DNA of 64,000 bases. It comes from Fibrobacteria bacterium (GTDB taxonomy: Bacteria > Fibrobacterota > Fibrobacteria > UBA11236). Numbering within the stretch: position 1 is the first letter of the stretch; each line of letters starts with the position of its first letter. The DNA lies in NCBI GenBank assembly GCA_041746255.1, contig JBGTHM010000039.1, positions 27,701 to 91,700 of the forward strand, given 5' to 3'. The notes under the pieces were generated by a model. That model had not been told where the DNA came from and did no database searches. It worked only from the letters and a program-made list of their open reading frames with translations. The position numbers and the translations under genes were made by a program. This document shows, piece by piece, positions 50,132 to 60,108 of this stretch.

Positions 50132-50494
50132 TCAGCTATGCGACGCGATAGGAGGACCGCGGGAGGGAGGCAGGAAGAAAAAAGCCTTGGAACCCGGAGG
50201 AGATACTATTGGTGGTATCCATAAGGAGGGGTTCGCAATGAAGTGCCAAAGGGGGGCCGACAGGGCGGGCGCAGACTTGAAGGAATTTTGCAACAGGCAA
50301 AGGGGACAGTGTCCGCCGTGGGCATCGGTATGGGTGCTCGGGTTTTGTAGCGATTCCGTGAGATTCGGTGTCGAACCATGGGCATGGGTGGAGGCCAGGG
50401 AGAAACAGGAAAAGAAAACTAAATAGAGGGAAAGCAGCGCACCGGTGAACGTTATGCGGAGGGGAGGCAAATTAGGGTTCATCGATTTTCGCAT
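50132..50494 (-). CDS. DUF2946-like leader protein (CxxC + RGPP)
   Basis: Hydrophobic N-terminal segment, His-rich stretch, HCPLC and C-terminal SRGPP. Lies upstream of the metal operon. Confidence 0.75.
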   Translation of the reverse strand: MRKSMNPNLPPLRITFTGALLSLYLVFFSCFSLASTHAHGSTPNLTESLQNPSTHTDAHGGHCPLCLLQNSFKSAPALSAPLWHFIANPSLWIPPIVSPPGSKAFFFLPPSRGPPIASHS

Positions 50495-50602
50495 GAACGA
50501 GTCGCTTCGAATCCTTAGTGAGAGTCCATTATCAAAGTACTTTTCCGGTCCACCATCGGCAAGGCCACGCGCCTCCCAGGACGGTTCGAAGGTTGGTCGC
50601 CT

Positions 50603-51388
50603 TTAGATTCCCTCAATTTCCACAATGAAGATGAGCGGCCAGTTCTTACCCGTCAAATAGAAATGGTTGGTCTCAGGGTTATAGGCGATGCCGTTTAGTA
50701 CGTCTTCAGGTCCTCTGCGGGGTAGGGTTCGTCCCAAACCGGATGCATCGATAAGGGTGGTAACCCGACCGGAATGCGGATCAATAACGGCTATCTCATC
50801 GCTTTGCCAGATATTGGAAAAAATTCGGTTTCTGGCAAATTCCAGCTCATTCAGGTAAATCAGGGGCTTACCGTTCAAGCGAATCGGTTTTTTCTCGACC
50901 ATGCGGAATAGGCTGTCTCGAACAAAGAGGGTGTCTGTTCCATTGCTCATGAAAAAATGGGGACCGACCGTGGTAAGTCCCCAACCTTCACCCTGATAAC
51001 GGAAGGTTAGTTTTCGGCTGAAATCATCGCTGTCATAGGTTTGGGCTAGCCCTTCCTTCCAAGTCAATTGCCAGATACGGTTTTTTCGAAAGGCGATTCC
51101 TTCCCCAAAGAGCGAATCGGGAAGCCGGGTGTGCAGTAAAACCTTTCCGGTGGCCGCCTCGATTTTCCTAAGGCTGGAACGGCCATATAACCCGGTACTT
51201 TCGTAGAGGAATCCGTTACGATAGAGGAGGCCTTGTGTGAAGGCCCCGGGATCATGGGGAAGAGTGTGAATGATTTTGGGGGTTACCATCCGCACTGGGA
51301 CGGGAACAGGCCCTTGCGCGAAGGCGGATAGGAATCCAAAAATCGTCGCTAATATTCCGATAATCCTGGACGGAATCAGGCGTAACAT
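50603..51388 (-). CDS. Glutaminyl-peptide cyclotransferase (beta-propeller, plant/bacterial type)
   Basis: FTQGL, LYESTG, FGEG, QLTW, EGWGL, LNELE, NGIAY and TGKNWP motifs; signal peptide. Confidence 0.95.
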   Translation of the reverse strand: MLRLIPSRIIGILATIFGFLSAFAQGPVPVPVRMVTPKIIHTLPHDPGAFTQGLLYRNGFLYESTGLYGRSSLRKIEAATGKVLLHTRLPDSLFGEGIAFRKNRIWQLTWKEGLAQTYDSDDFSRKLTFRYQGEGWGLTTVGPHFFMSNGTDTLFVRDSLFRMVEKKPIRLNGKPLIYLNELEFARNRIFSNIWQSDEIAVIDPHSGRVTTLIDASGLGRTLPRRGPEDVLNGIAYNPETNHFYLTGKNWPLIFIVEIEGI

Positions 51389-51574
51389 CGGAACAAAGTA
51401 GGAAATTTCATTTCTTTATTTCTTGAGACCCGCCTTTCCGGCTCGCTTTGGCAGCCATGACCCTATTGACATACATACGTCTTGCGCAGGGCTGGTAAAA
51501 AAGGATTTTTTGGGAAGGGGGAAGTGGGCTGTTCGAGGAAGGGAAAATGGGTCCCTTCCGGGTCCGAAAGGATT

Positions 51575-53185
51575 ATGGATTCCGAAAGCAACCGATTGGA
51601 AGGTCCCGGTCGTATCATCATTTTAGGTATGCGCACGGCGGAGGCTGAGAGTCTCTGTGACACACTATCCCAAGCAGCCTATGAAGTTGAAATCCGGGCG
51701 AATTTGGATGGGCTGCACGGAGAGACTTTGTCCCTGGATGTTTTGATAACCCCCCTTGAAGCGCTTTCGACGGAAACCCGCGGACAATTGATAGGACTTG
51801 TCGATTCCCAACCTAGCTGGAGTTTTCTCCCCGTGATTCTGGTTAGTCATCACCTGCAAAAAGGCGAAGCGCACCCTGTCGACAAGGGATTTATGCAAAA
51901 CGTGGGACCCGCTTTGGTGGAGCGTCCCATTCGATCGCCTATTCTTCTCAATCTCATCGCTTGCTTAATTCGGATGCGCCGGGGACAACGCGAAACCGCC
52001 CGGTTATTACAGCAATTTGAGGACCGGTTGAGCCAAGCGCAAAAATTCGAATCCGTCGGGAAATTGGCCAACGGTATAGCACATGATTTCAATAATCTGC
52101 TCACGGCGGTAAACGGTTATAGCGATTTGGTCCTTTCCATGATGCGCTCCGACGACGTCCTGCGCCCGAACCTGGAGGAAATCCGCAAGGCGGGCGAAAG
52201 GGCGGCCCGGCTGACGCAGCAATTGCTTACCTACAGTAGGCAGCGGGCGCTTTCGGTGAAATTAATCGACTTGAATGAATTGGTGAAGACCATGGAGGAC
52301 GTGATAAAACGCCTGGTCGGTGAAAGTGTTGAGGTCACCTTGCAGCTCGATCCTAATGCCGGACGTATCAACGCCGATGTCGGTCAAATCGAACAGGCTA
52401 TCATGAACCTGGTGGTGAATGCGCGGGACGCCATGCCCGGAGGAGGATATTTAGAATTGTCCACCGGCAACATCCGGGCTGAGGATGTGGTGGAAGCCCC
52501 GGTACGGGTAGGGGAGAATAGGCTTTATTCGGTATTGTCGGTAAAAGACAGTGGAATCGGGATGAGCGAAGAGGTTAAGGGACGCATTTTCGAGCCTTTC
52601 TTTACCACCCGTGATTCGGAAAATTTCGCGGGGCTGGGACTCTCGGCTGTACAGGGCGCCGTGCGGCAATTCGGAGGATTTGTTCGGGTGGACACAGGGA
52701 TGGGATTGGGTACGATTTTCCAGTTGTTTTGGCCTCATGCTGAACAAGATGTCGAGGCGCAGGAGCAATCCGGTTCCGTGGAAATATCCAGCGACAACGC
52801 CAGGGACACCATTTTAGTCGTCGAAGATGAGAGCATGGTGCGGGATTTCATGGCCCAGATTCTGCGCACGGCCGGATATCGGATCCTGACCGCTTCCAAA
52901 GGTATGGAAGCAATTTTGGTCAGCACGAATTACCAGGAAGATATCCATATGCTCCTTACCGACGTGGTTATGCCGGGAATGAGCGGACGGGAATTGGCGG
53001 AAACGCTGGTTTCGCTGCGTCCGGGAATCAAGGTTCTCTATGTTTCGGGATATACCGATGACGCGGTTTTGCAACATGGAGTCTTGGTGGGGAAGGTGGC
53101 CTTTCTCAACAAGCCCTTCTCATCGCGGGATTTACTGGCAAAAGTGCGGGATGTTCTTAAAGCCCGCGCCCAGTTAAGCGGTTAA
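51575..53185 (+). CDS. Hybrid histidine kinase/response regulator
   Basis: Degenerate N-terminal receiver-like domain, IAHDFNNLL, NARDAM, FEPFFTT and C-terminal receiver (LLTDVVMPG). ATG at 51575 preferred. Confidence 0.93.
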   Translation: MDSESNRLEGPGRIIILGMRTAEAESLCDTLSQAAYEVEIRANLDGLHGETLSLDVLITPLEALSTETRGQLIGLVDSQPSWSFLPVILVSHHLQKGEAHPVDKGFMQNVGPALVERPIRSPILLNLIACLIRMRRGQRETARLLQQFEDRLSQAQKFESVGKLANGIAHDFNNLLTAVNGYSDLVLSMMRSDDVLRPNLEEIRKAGERAARLTQQLLTYSRQRALSVKLIDLNELVKTMEDVIKRLVGESVEVTLQLDPNAGRINADVGQIEQAIMNLVVNARDAMPGGGYLELSTGNIRAEDVVEAPVRVGENRLYSVLSVKDSGIGMSEEVKGRIFEPFFTTRDSENFAGLGLSAVQGAVRQFGGFVRVDTGMGLGTIFQLFWPHAEQDVEAQEQSGSVEISSDNARDTILVVEDESMVRDFMAQILRTAGYRILTASKGMEAILVSTNYQEDIHMLLTDVVMPGMSGRELAETLVSLRPGIKVLYVSGYTDDAVLQHGVLVGKVAFLNKPFSSRDLLAKVRDVLKARAQLSG

Positions 53186-53188
53186 GGG

Positions 53189-53428
53189 TTAATTTTTCTT
53201 TGATTTTCGGCGATTTCCGAATTTTCGAGGTTTGGAGTCGGACAAACGGTTTCTCTGCATGTTTACTTGCCTCAAAATCATGCTGATCAGGCTGAGAACA
53301 ATGAATATACCCGGCAAGGCCATTTTCAGGATTTGCTCAGGGGTTAGTAATCCCATCAAACCGATTAATCCCGAGATGATGAGGGCAATAACCAGGTTTT
53401 TTAAATGCACCTTCAATTTTTCTTCCAT
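53189..53428 (-). CDS. Small 2-TM membrane protein
   Basis: 79 aa with two hydrophobic segments and a basic tail; fills an intergenic gap. Confidence 0.6.
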   Translation of the reverse strand: MEEKLKVHLKNLVIALIISGLIGLMGLLTPEQILKMALPGIFIVLSLISMILRQVNMQRNRLSDSKPRKFGNRRKSKKN

Positions 53429-53561
53429 GTAAGACTATTTAGAAAATTTCGCCTGGGATCGCTCGGCAGACCCTATGCGAATTCCTTGCGTTTGTGGAGT
53501 ACAGGCGAGTACCTATAGATTCTACTTGGTCGTGACCTGCCCAAGTGATACAATTGAGGGC

Positions 53562-54875
53562 ATGCATCCCATAAAAAACTCAACTCTCTTCCTGGGGAGC
53601 CTCGCATTGCTTTTCGGTGGTTGCAACTTATTCCGAGATGCCTTTGACACCCAACCGGAAACGGCGGATGAACATATCATCGAAGCTCAATTGTTCCTGC
53701 AAAAATCCGAATACGGCAAAGCTTTGCTGCATTTCGAGAAGGCCATCAAAATGGATTCCTCCAAATCCGAAGCGTATTACGGTGCGGCCAAGGCCGTTTT
53801 GCTGCAGGAACGCATTAATATGTTCGAGCTTTTGTTGTCGTTCGATGGCGATGGGTCCGGCAGTCTGCCTTTTATCGGGGAACCCGATTCGGTTCGAAGT
53901 AAAATATACGTGGCCAACCGTGGTATCAATAAATACTTGAAAATTCTGGTTGCCCGCGAAAAACTGGGTAAAACCGATCAGCGCATCGGCATGGCGAGCA
54001 TCTCCGCGGATTACGCGCTCGCTTCGGCGTTGGAAGCCGTGCTTTCCTTGGCGGACGTCAATGGGGACGGCATTATCGATGCACGGGACAATATTCTCGA
54101 CGGTATTATCGACTTCAAGAATCTCACCAAAGTAAATCCCGACAGCCTAATGGCGAATATCAAAGAGGTTCAGAACGATACCGTTAAAATAAAAGCGTTG
54201 AACGATATGCTGACCAAATCGAACGAATTGCTTACCCAAAGCGATGCGGCCATCGACCTTTTTCTGAACCAAGCTTTGGGTTCCAAGGGTGGTGGAGACT
54301 CGTTGGGCCTTTCAGGATGTCCCGCAGGTCAGTCGAGCTGTCCGCAAGGCGAGAAGAGCAAAGCCGCATCCGATTCGACCATTCAACAGATTAAGAGCTT
54401 CATTGGCGGCGCCGGAGCATCCATAGTCATTTATAAAATTGCCGACGGCGTTGATAATGACGGTGATGGATGCGTAGACGAAGAGTATTTGGATGGCGTC
54501 GACAACGACGGCGACGGTTTTGTCGATGAGGACTCACGGGGCGTGCCCGACAAGGAAGGAAACCCGCGCTATTTCGCTGTTTCCGACAAGGCGGATAATA
54601 ATGGGAACGGCCAAATTGATGAGCAGCAAGAAGCTCTTTTCAATACTCGATTCGATGCGTCTTTCGAAATGCTGCGCCTGGCGGCCTTTCCCGGGGGTGC
54701 AGGCCAGATTTTTTGGGAGGACAGCATCGGAGCCATGGGCAATACCTTTTTAAAAGATCGGCGCGATACCGTATATATCGTCGATAATGCGGTCAAACCG
54801 GTTTTCCGCGATACGGTAGTGACTTTCGACCTGTGCAAAGGCCCGGTTAAGGGGTATAAAAGGAGAACGCAATGA
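53562..54875 (+). CDS. TPR lipoprotein with Ca-binding DxDGDG repeats
   Basis: Lipobox FGGC; TPR (ALLHFEKAIKMDSSKSEAYYG); DVNGDGIID, DNDGDGCVDE, DNDGDGFVDE and DNNGNGQIDE. Confidence 0.82.
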   Translation: MHPIKNSTLFLGSLALLFGGCNLFRDAFDTQPETADEHIIEAQLFLQKSEYGKALLHFEKAIKMDSSKSEAYYGAAKAVLLQERINMFELLLSFDGDGSGSLPFIGEPDSVRSKIYVANRGINKYLKILVAREKLGKTDQRIGMASISADYALASALEAVLSLADVNGDGIIDARDNILDGIIDFKNLTKVNPDSLMANIKEVQNDTVKIKALNDMLTKSNELLTQSDAAIDLFLNQALGSKGGGDSLGLSGCPAGQSSCPQGEKSKAASDSTIQQIKSFIGGAGASIVIYKIADGVDNDGDGCVDEEYLDGVDNDGDGFVDEDSRGVPDKEGNPRYFAVSDKADNNGNGQIDEQQEALFNTRFDASFEMLRLAAFPGGAGQIFWEDSIGAMGNTFLKDRRDTVYIVDNAVKPVFRDTVVTFDLCKGPVKGYKRRTQ

Positions 54876-55987
54876 TCCGGGCCTCGGCTTTGCTGTTGGT
54901 TATAGGATTGGCTGAAATCCTGGCAGTTCCCGCGCCACGCTATTTGGGTTCGCGACCGCTGGGGATGGGGGAGGCCTTTATTGCCCTGGCCGACGACTAC
55001 AACGGTTTATTCTATAACCCCGCGGGATTGGCCCGACTGAACAGCCCCATGAATGCCGGAATCGGAATGAAACTGGACTTGGGCGACCTTTTTGGAATGG
55101 CTGGAGATGCCTTCGACATTTTCGATATGCACGGCGAAAACATGCAAAGTATGGAGGGCATGGCGTCTGACCCCACTTTGGTTGACGATTTGATGCTCTA
55201 CGATCGCGAGCCCATCGGTTTTGCGACCTTGCCGGAAATGCATTTCGCGGCTCGCTCTACCGATCCGGATTTCCCCTTGGGCATAGGCGGAGCCTGGTTT
55301 TTGCACTCGCAGGGTGTTTTCACCCTGGACAAGGGGATATACCTTCCGAAAGGAAACGCGGCGGTTCGTACGGATCTGGTTTTCCGGGTGGCTGCGGCAG
55401 CGGACATCTGGAAAGGCTTGAGCTTTGGAATTGCCCCCATCATGGCCACCTATAGCTTCGTGGAACAGGGTATTGGCTTCGATGAAATCCAAACCGTGGC
55501 CGATACCTTGAATGTGAAAATCGATAAGGAAGCATCCAGAATTTATGAACCGGGGTTCGGTTTCGGGGTGTCGATGGGATTGTTGTATGACATAGTTCCT
55601 ACCGAGTTACGGGTAGGCGCCGTGGTGGACAACCTCTTTTTAAAAATCAATGATGACCCGGTTCCCGCTTCGTATAGTCTCGGAATCGCCTATTTGCCCG
55701 CCATCTTCCGCAATCAGGGAATGATGCGCCACGTCAACCTGGCCTTGGATTGGCGTGATATCGGATCCGACCGGCCCATTCTCACCAACCTCAATTTTGG
55801 CGGAGAAATGGATTTGACCTTGGCTCGGTTACGCGGTGGGTTCAAGGGCGGATATCCCACCTTCGGCTTGGGTCTTAACCTTTTCATCATGCAAATGGAG
55901 TTCACATCCTGGGCGGATGAACGTGGGTTGTACGCGGGTCAGTGGGAGGAGAGGCACTACCTCCTGTCTTTTCGACTCGGAATCTGA
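54872..55987 (+). CDS. Outer-membrane beta-barrel, PorV/TraF-like (FadL superfamily)
   Basis: RPLGMGEAFIALADD...FYNPAGLA motif and amphipathic strands. ATGA overlap with the lipoprotein gene. Confidence 0.8.
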   Translation: MIRASALLLVIGLAEILAVPAPRYLGSRPLGMGEAFIALADDYNGLFYNPAGLARLNSPMNAGIGMKLDLGDLFGMAGDAFDIFDMHGENMQSMEGMASDPTLVDDLMLYDREPIGFATLPEMHFAARSTDPDFPLGIGGAWFLHSQGVFTLDKGIYLPKGNAAVRTDLVFRVAAAADIWKGLSFGIAPIMATYSFVEQGIGFDEIQTVADTLNVKIDKEASRIYEPGFGFGVSMGLLYDIVPTELRVGAVVDNLFLKINDDPVPASYSLGIAYLPAIFRNQGMMRHVNLALDWRDIGSDRPILTNLNFGGEMDLTLARLRGGFKGGYPTFGLGLNLFIMQMEFTSWADERGLYAGQWEERHYLLSFRLGI

Positions 55988-56015
55988 CTCCCTCGGGTGG
56001 GAGCCTCCTTATCTA

Positions 56016-57548
56016 CTACAATTTCACTTCCACCGTGGTTTTGAAAAGCGCCACAGGAAAGGCGAATAAGGATACCGTGGTGGTTACTTTGGGGCCTATG
56101 GGGAAGTGGTATCCCATATTGAACAAGGGAATGAAGGGCAGAAAATCGGGACGGTAATCGACCGCCTCGCTCAGTACGTCCTGGCTGCGGATATCATAAA
56201 ACAAAGCCCCGAAGTGAAAGAATATCTGATGGATTTCCAGTCCGAACGCGAGTTGATGTCCCGCGCGTAGTTGGTAATTCCGCGTGAAGCCGTCGGTGAT
56301 GACCGAATCCTTTCCATCGCTGCTTTGCAACGCAGCATTGGTAACCGTGTCGAAGGCGGCGGCCGAGGATTCATAGCGATATTCAAGTGATAAACCTTTC
56401 AAGTAGTAAACATAATCCAGGTTGAATCGATAGTTATCGAAATCGGCGAAAGCCGAAAGCCCAAGCTCCCAGGGTAGACTGAGTTGAACGCGGTCTATCA
56501 AAATGGAGTTGCGTCGGGTATGGGCGGGTTCATCGGTATTCACCTTTTCGCTTTGGAATACCTTTTCTTCACCGGGTTGGAGGGCTGGGAAGGTATGGTA
56601 GATTCCCGCAATGTCGCCTTGTAAATCCATCGATTGGATAACAGTCGCTAAACCATCTATTCCGAAATGAGGACCCCATTGCATTCCCGCGCCTAGTCTT
56701 ACCCCATGGGCAAGACCCTGTAAATCTCCAGTGAGTGCGCCTCCAATAGCCGTTGGATATTCGGAATCCTTCTGATTAAACGCATGGGTTTCCTGCCCGG
56801 AAGTTACGGTTCCGCTCCAGTCGGTCGAAATTTCAGCCAGGGCGGTTCCTCGGTAAAGGTGGTAGGCTATTCCCCAGTGCAAGAATGGGAGCGGACGGCC
56901 CGCTACTCCCAATGACCAGTCGGAAACGGATAGCTCTCCCTCGGCTTTCATGTCTCCGGCCAAGGATACCTTAACGCTATCGCCGGAATTCCCTTGCGGA
57001 GCCCCCGCTCCCAGAGCGAAATCTTTCGAGTCGAACCGAAAACTTCCTGCCAGCGGCTGTTGCACGCCCATGGCGAAGATATGCTTTCTCCAGGGATAGG
57101 CGGCCGTCAAGCTGCTGAAGGATGCGCTTTGATAAAGTTCCAAATCGACTTTCGGGTATTCCGGATTTTGCACGCGATGTCCAGGTTCATTCAAAACGGC
57201 ATGGATGGGTTCCCGCAAATCACCGCGTAGAAGCCGCATACGCTCGCTGCCGATTCCCAAGCCCAAGCCCGGCAAGAAAAAATCCGTCTGCGCCGCAGGG
57301 CCGGTCAAGCGTGCGAGCGCAGCCGGGTTGCCGTACAGGGCGCTGGAGCTTGGGTAGAGGCTGGATACGTTATCCAAAGCGCCTCGGGCGCCGGTATTGG
57401 AAGCCAGTCCGTAGGGGGAGAGGTGGCCTCGCATATTTAAATGCAACTCACCACCTCGAAAATGCGTGATTTGCGCCGTCAATACCGAAGGTGCGATCAA
57501 CGCCATCAATGCCGTTCGCCAATGCAGGCCTTTAAATATTATTGACAT
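56016..57548 (-). CDS. Putative outer-membrane beta-barrel (FadL-like)
   Basis: Signal peptide, ALYGNPAALA motif and alternating aromatic beta-strand pattern. Confidence 0.68.
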   Translation of the reverse strand: MSIIFKGLHWRTALMALIAPSVLTAQITHFRGGELHLNMRGHLSPYGLASNTGARGALDNVSSLYPSSSALYGNPAALARLTGPAAQTDFFLPGLGLGIGSERMRLLRGDLREPIHAVLNEPGHRVQNPEYPKVDLELYQSASFSSLTAAYPWRKHIFAMGVQQPLAGSFRFDSKDFALGAGAPQGNSGDSVKVSLAGDMKAEGELSVSDWSLGVAGRPLPFLHWGIAYHLYRGTALAEISTDWSGTVTSGQETHAFNQKDSEYPTAIGGALTGDLQGLAHGVRLGAGMQWGPHFGIDGLATVIQSMDLQGDIAGIYHTFPALQPGEEKVFQSEKVNTDEPAHTRRNSILIDRVQLSLPWELGLSAFADFDNYRFNLDYVYYLKGLSLEYRYESSAAAFDTVTNAALQSSDGKDSVITDGFTRNYQLRAGHQLAFGLEIHQIFFHFGALFYDIRSQDVLSEAVDYRPDFLPFIPLFNMGYHFPIGPKVTTTVSLFAFPVALFKTTVEVKL

Positions 57549-58452
57549 AACCTAACACGCCTAAGGTGGAACCGTAAAAGAACAGCATGAATCCGAATCC
57601 GGTAACCGCTTTGGCCCAGTAATTGACGGGCGGGTATTCAATCTCCTCCAAACGATAGCGTTCCATGTCGGCCATGACCGGTTCCCACCCTTGCATTTCT
57701 TCAGGTGGCGCCGGGCCGCTTTCAAAAACGCCTCGGGAGGCGCTCAACCTTACGAGACGCCCCGTTTCAACGACCAACTCGCCTGGGCTTGCAAGGCTTT
57801 GCTGAATACCGCACAAACCCTGCAAGCATACCGTGCGCATAGAAGAATCCTTCGGCGCCGTAGTAACCACCAGAGACGAGTACCCGCGCGCGACACCTAC
57901 TCCCGCGTTAGTTTTAATCTGTGCCAGGGCTTTTTCCTGGCGGCCCCAAATAAGCACTTGGCCGCTGTCTAAGCGTATCACCACGGGATCCCGGTCGGAG
58001 GAGGGGGCTTTCAATACTCGGAAATGGGCGCCGGGTGTAAAGCGAGCGTGTATGCCGTTGCGGAAATGCACGTCGAGTTCCGAAAGTGAATCGGTACGGT
58101 AATCGGCCTTGATGTCGAAGTCGTCCCGGTTGCGCAGACGGAATTTTCCGGTCCGGTCGGTGGGTTGCCCCTTCCGAAAGGCGGCTTTCGCGTCTCCGCG
58201 TAATTTATTGATGTCGTAGAGGATGGTGTCGACTTCGCCGGCGCTGATTTGGCGCGGCCTATCGTACCGATCGAGATAGCGAACCACGGAATCTCTTTCG
58301 CTGCGGATTTTTCCATACACGGTTTCGCCGGATTTGAAAATCATTTTATCGGCGTGGGACGGATGGGTAAATAGGCATACAAGCAGAACTACGATTGCCA
58401 CCATGTGGCGGCCTATTCCCTTTCCTGTGGACTTACGCCTTATTGCTACCAT
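57532..58452 (-). CDS. Secreted protein with FecR-like domain
   Basis: Signal peptide, DKMIFKSGETVYGKI, and FecR-like IRLDSGQV...IKTNAGVGVARG...VCLQG pattern; C-terminal TM. Confidence 0.62.
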   Translation of the reverse strand: MVAIRRKSTGKGIGRHMVAIVVLLVCLFTHPSHADKMIFKSGETVYGKIRSERDSVVRYLDRYDRPRQISAGEVDTILYDINKLRGDAKAAFRKGQPTDRTGKFRLRNRDDFDIKADYRTDSLSELDVHFRNGIHARFTPGAHFRVLKAPSSDRDPVVIRLDSGQVLIWGRQEKALAQIKTNAGVGVARGYSSLVVTTAPKDSSMRTVCLQGLCGIQQSLASPGELVVETGRLVRLSASRGVFESGPAPPEEMQGWEPVMADMERYRLEEIEYPPVNYWAKAVTGFGFMLFFYGSTLGVLGYVNNI

Positions 58453-60017
58453 TTTTTCTTCACTTCCACCTGGGTTTGCGAGGTGGCGGTTCGACCGTCG
58501 GACGAGGTTACCCTTAGGGTGAGCTTAAACTCACCGAGATGCGCGAAGGTATAGCGTAGGTTACCGGAATCAGCGGATATAAATTCGAATTCACCGTCGC
58601 CGTTCAAGTCCCATTCCCATTTGACGATTTTTCCATCCGGGTCCTCGGCCGTGGGTTTCAGTTCCACGGGTTGGCCCAAGGTAGCCCGGATGGCAGGGCC
58701 CGCGGAGCATACCGGGGGGGCGTCGTATATTTCCAGTTTCGTCTTGGCGCAGGCAATCCTGCCATCCGCAGAGGTGACGCATGCCTGGGGAACATAATGT
58801 CCGGGCTTGTCGAATGTTTGGACCCACTCCATTTCCAGGCGGTTTTTTCTTCCCGTGGAATCCGCCGGAATAGCCTCTTCCTGCCAAGCGTTTTCGAGTC
58901 CCGACAGGTTGTATCGCAAGTGGGTAAAATCATCTTCGGAATCGAATGCTCGGATTTGCACCGTAACGGGTGTGACAAGATTAGTCTTTTGGAGATTGCT
59001 TTTGATGCGTAAACCGGGAGCGGCATTGGATACATAGCGCTTTTCCGCCCGGTGGGTTGAACCGGTGGCATCACGGACCTCCAAAATGGCCGTGTATTTC
59101 CCCGCCGGTGGTGCCGCAAGCTTGAATTTCCCGGCTACTGAATCCAGTGCATCCCAGGTTCCGTTCCCATCTATGTCCAAACGATAGCGTAAGGGGCCAT
59201 TGCCCTTGGATTCGGTTGCATCCCAGACGATTTCACTGCCGGGTTCAAGTGTATCCGGAAAGTTCAGCACGGCCCGGGGAGGTATATTGACCAGGAATCG
59301 AACGCTTACCGACCGTTCTTCCGAATTCCGGTATTTCACCAAAATACGCGGTGTCATAGTACCGGGAAGTTCATACCTATGGGTATGGACGCGGGTGCCG
59401 GAGAACGGAAGAAAAGGCGTATCCCAGTTCTCGTCTCCGTCGAAGTCATAACGAACCCTAAGGTCGGACCATGCCCAGGATGGATATTTTGAGGGTCCCA
59501 AATCGAAGGTAACTGGTGTTCCAGTCGTGACCTTTCCGGGTAGCGGAACAATTTGAGCATCAGGCATCCGGAAGGTTCTTAGGAAAAAATCCTGGGATGG
59601 CCAGAGAGAATCGGGCAAATCGGCCCAGGTTTCGGCGTTGGCGCGCAGGGAAATCGAAAACCGACCTTCTTTTTGGGGTGTCCACTGGAGGATGTTTCTC
59701 TCGATACGCATTCCTTCCGGCGAACGCAAAAGCTCCCAGCGGATATCCTCGAATGTCCGGGAAAGCTCAACTTGGTAGGCATAAGGATGCCCGGTAAATG
59801 CTTCCGTCAAAGGAGTTGAAAGGATTTCGGGCAAAGTGTCCGGATCAAATAGCGCCACCGGCAGCCCATCGTCCGGTTTTACAGTATTTGGCAGTGGCGC
59901 GACCTCGACCTGTTCAGGTTCTGGCTGATTCTTATCGGCGCATCCTGACCAGAGGAAAATCAAAAGGGCAAAATATGGCCAGCCGACAGGCTTCCCTGCG
60001 AATGTGGTGCGATCCAT
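58446..60017 (-). CDS. PKD/Ig-repeat lipoprotein
   Basis: Lipobox WSGC; Ig-like PEGMRI..LQWTP; repeated YDFDGD/LDIDGNG/WDLNGDG PKD units. Confidence 0.85.
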   Translation of the reverse strand: MDRTTFAGKPVGWPYFALLIFLWSGCADKNQPEPEQVEVAPLPNTVKPDDGLPVALFDPDTLPEILSTPLTEAFTGHPYAYQVELSRTFEDIRWELLRSPEGMRIERNILQWTPQKEGRFSISLRANAETWADLPDSLWPSQDFFLRTFRMPDAQIVPLPGKVTTGTPVTFDLGPSKYPSWAWSDLRVRYDFDGDENWDTPFLPFSGTRVHTHRYELPGTMTPRILVKYRNSEERSVSVRFLVNIPPRAVLNFPDTLEPGSEIVWDATESKGNGPLRYRLDIDGNGTWDALDSVAGKFKLAAPPAGKYTAILEVRDATGSTHRAEKRYVSNAAPGLRIKSNLQKTNLVTPVTVQIRAFDSEDDFTHLRYNLSGLENAWQEEAIPADSTGRKNRLEMEWVQTFDKPGHYVPQACVTSADGRIACAKTKLEIYDAPPVCSAGPAIRATLGQPVELKPTAEDPDGKIVKWEWDLNGDGEFEFISADSGNLRYTFAHLGEFKLTLRVTSSDGRTATSQTQVEVKKKW

Positions 60018-60108
60018 GCTGTGGGTATTTTAGCACCCAGGCCTCGGTTGAGTCAACGATGACGCCGACGTTCGACCGGGTTTTTCTCTCCCAACTTGAA
60101 TTAGGCCA

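Noticed and set aside
54872..55987. TraF-like barrel as evidence of a conjugative element
   Set aside because: There is no relaxase, T4SS ATPase, integrase or other tra gene in the window, and this barrel family is common on chromosomes.
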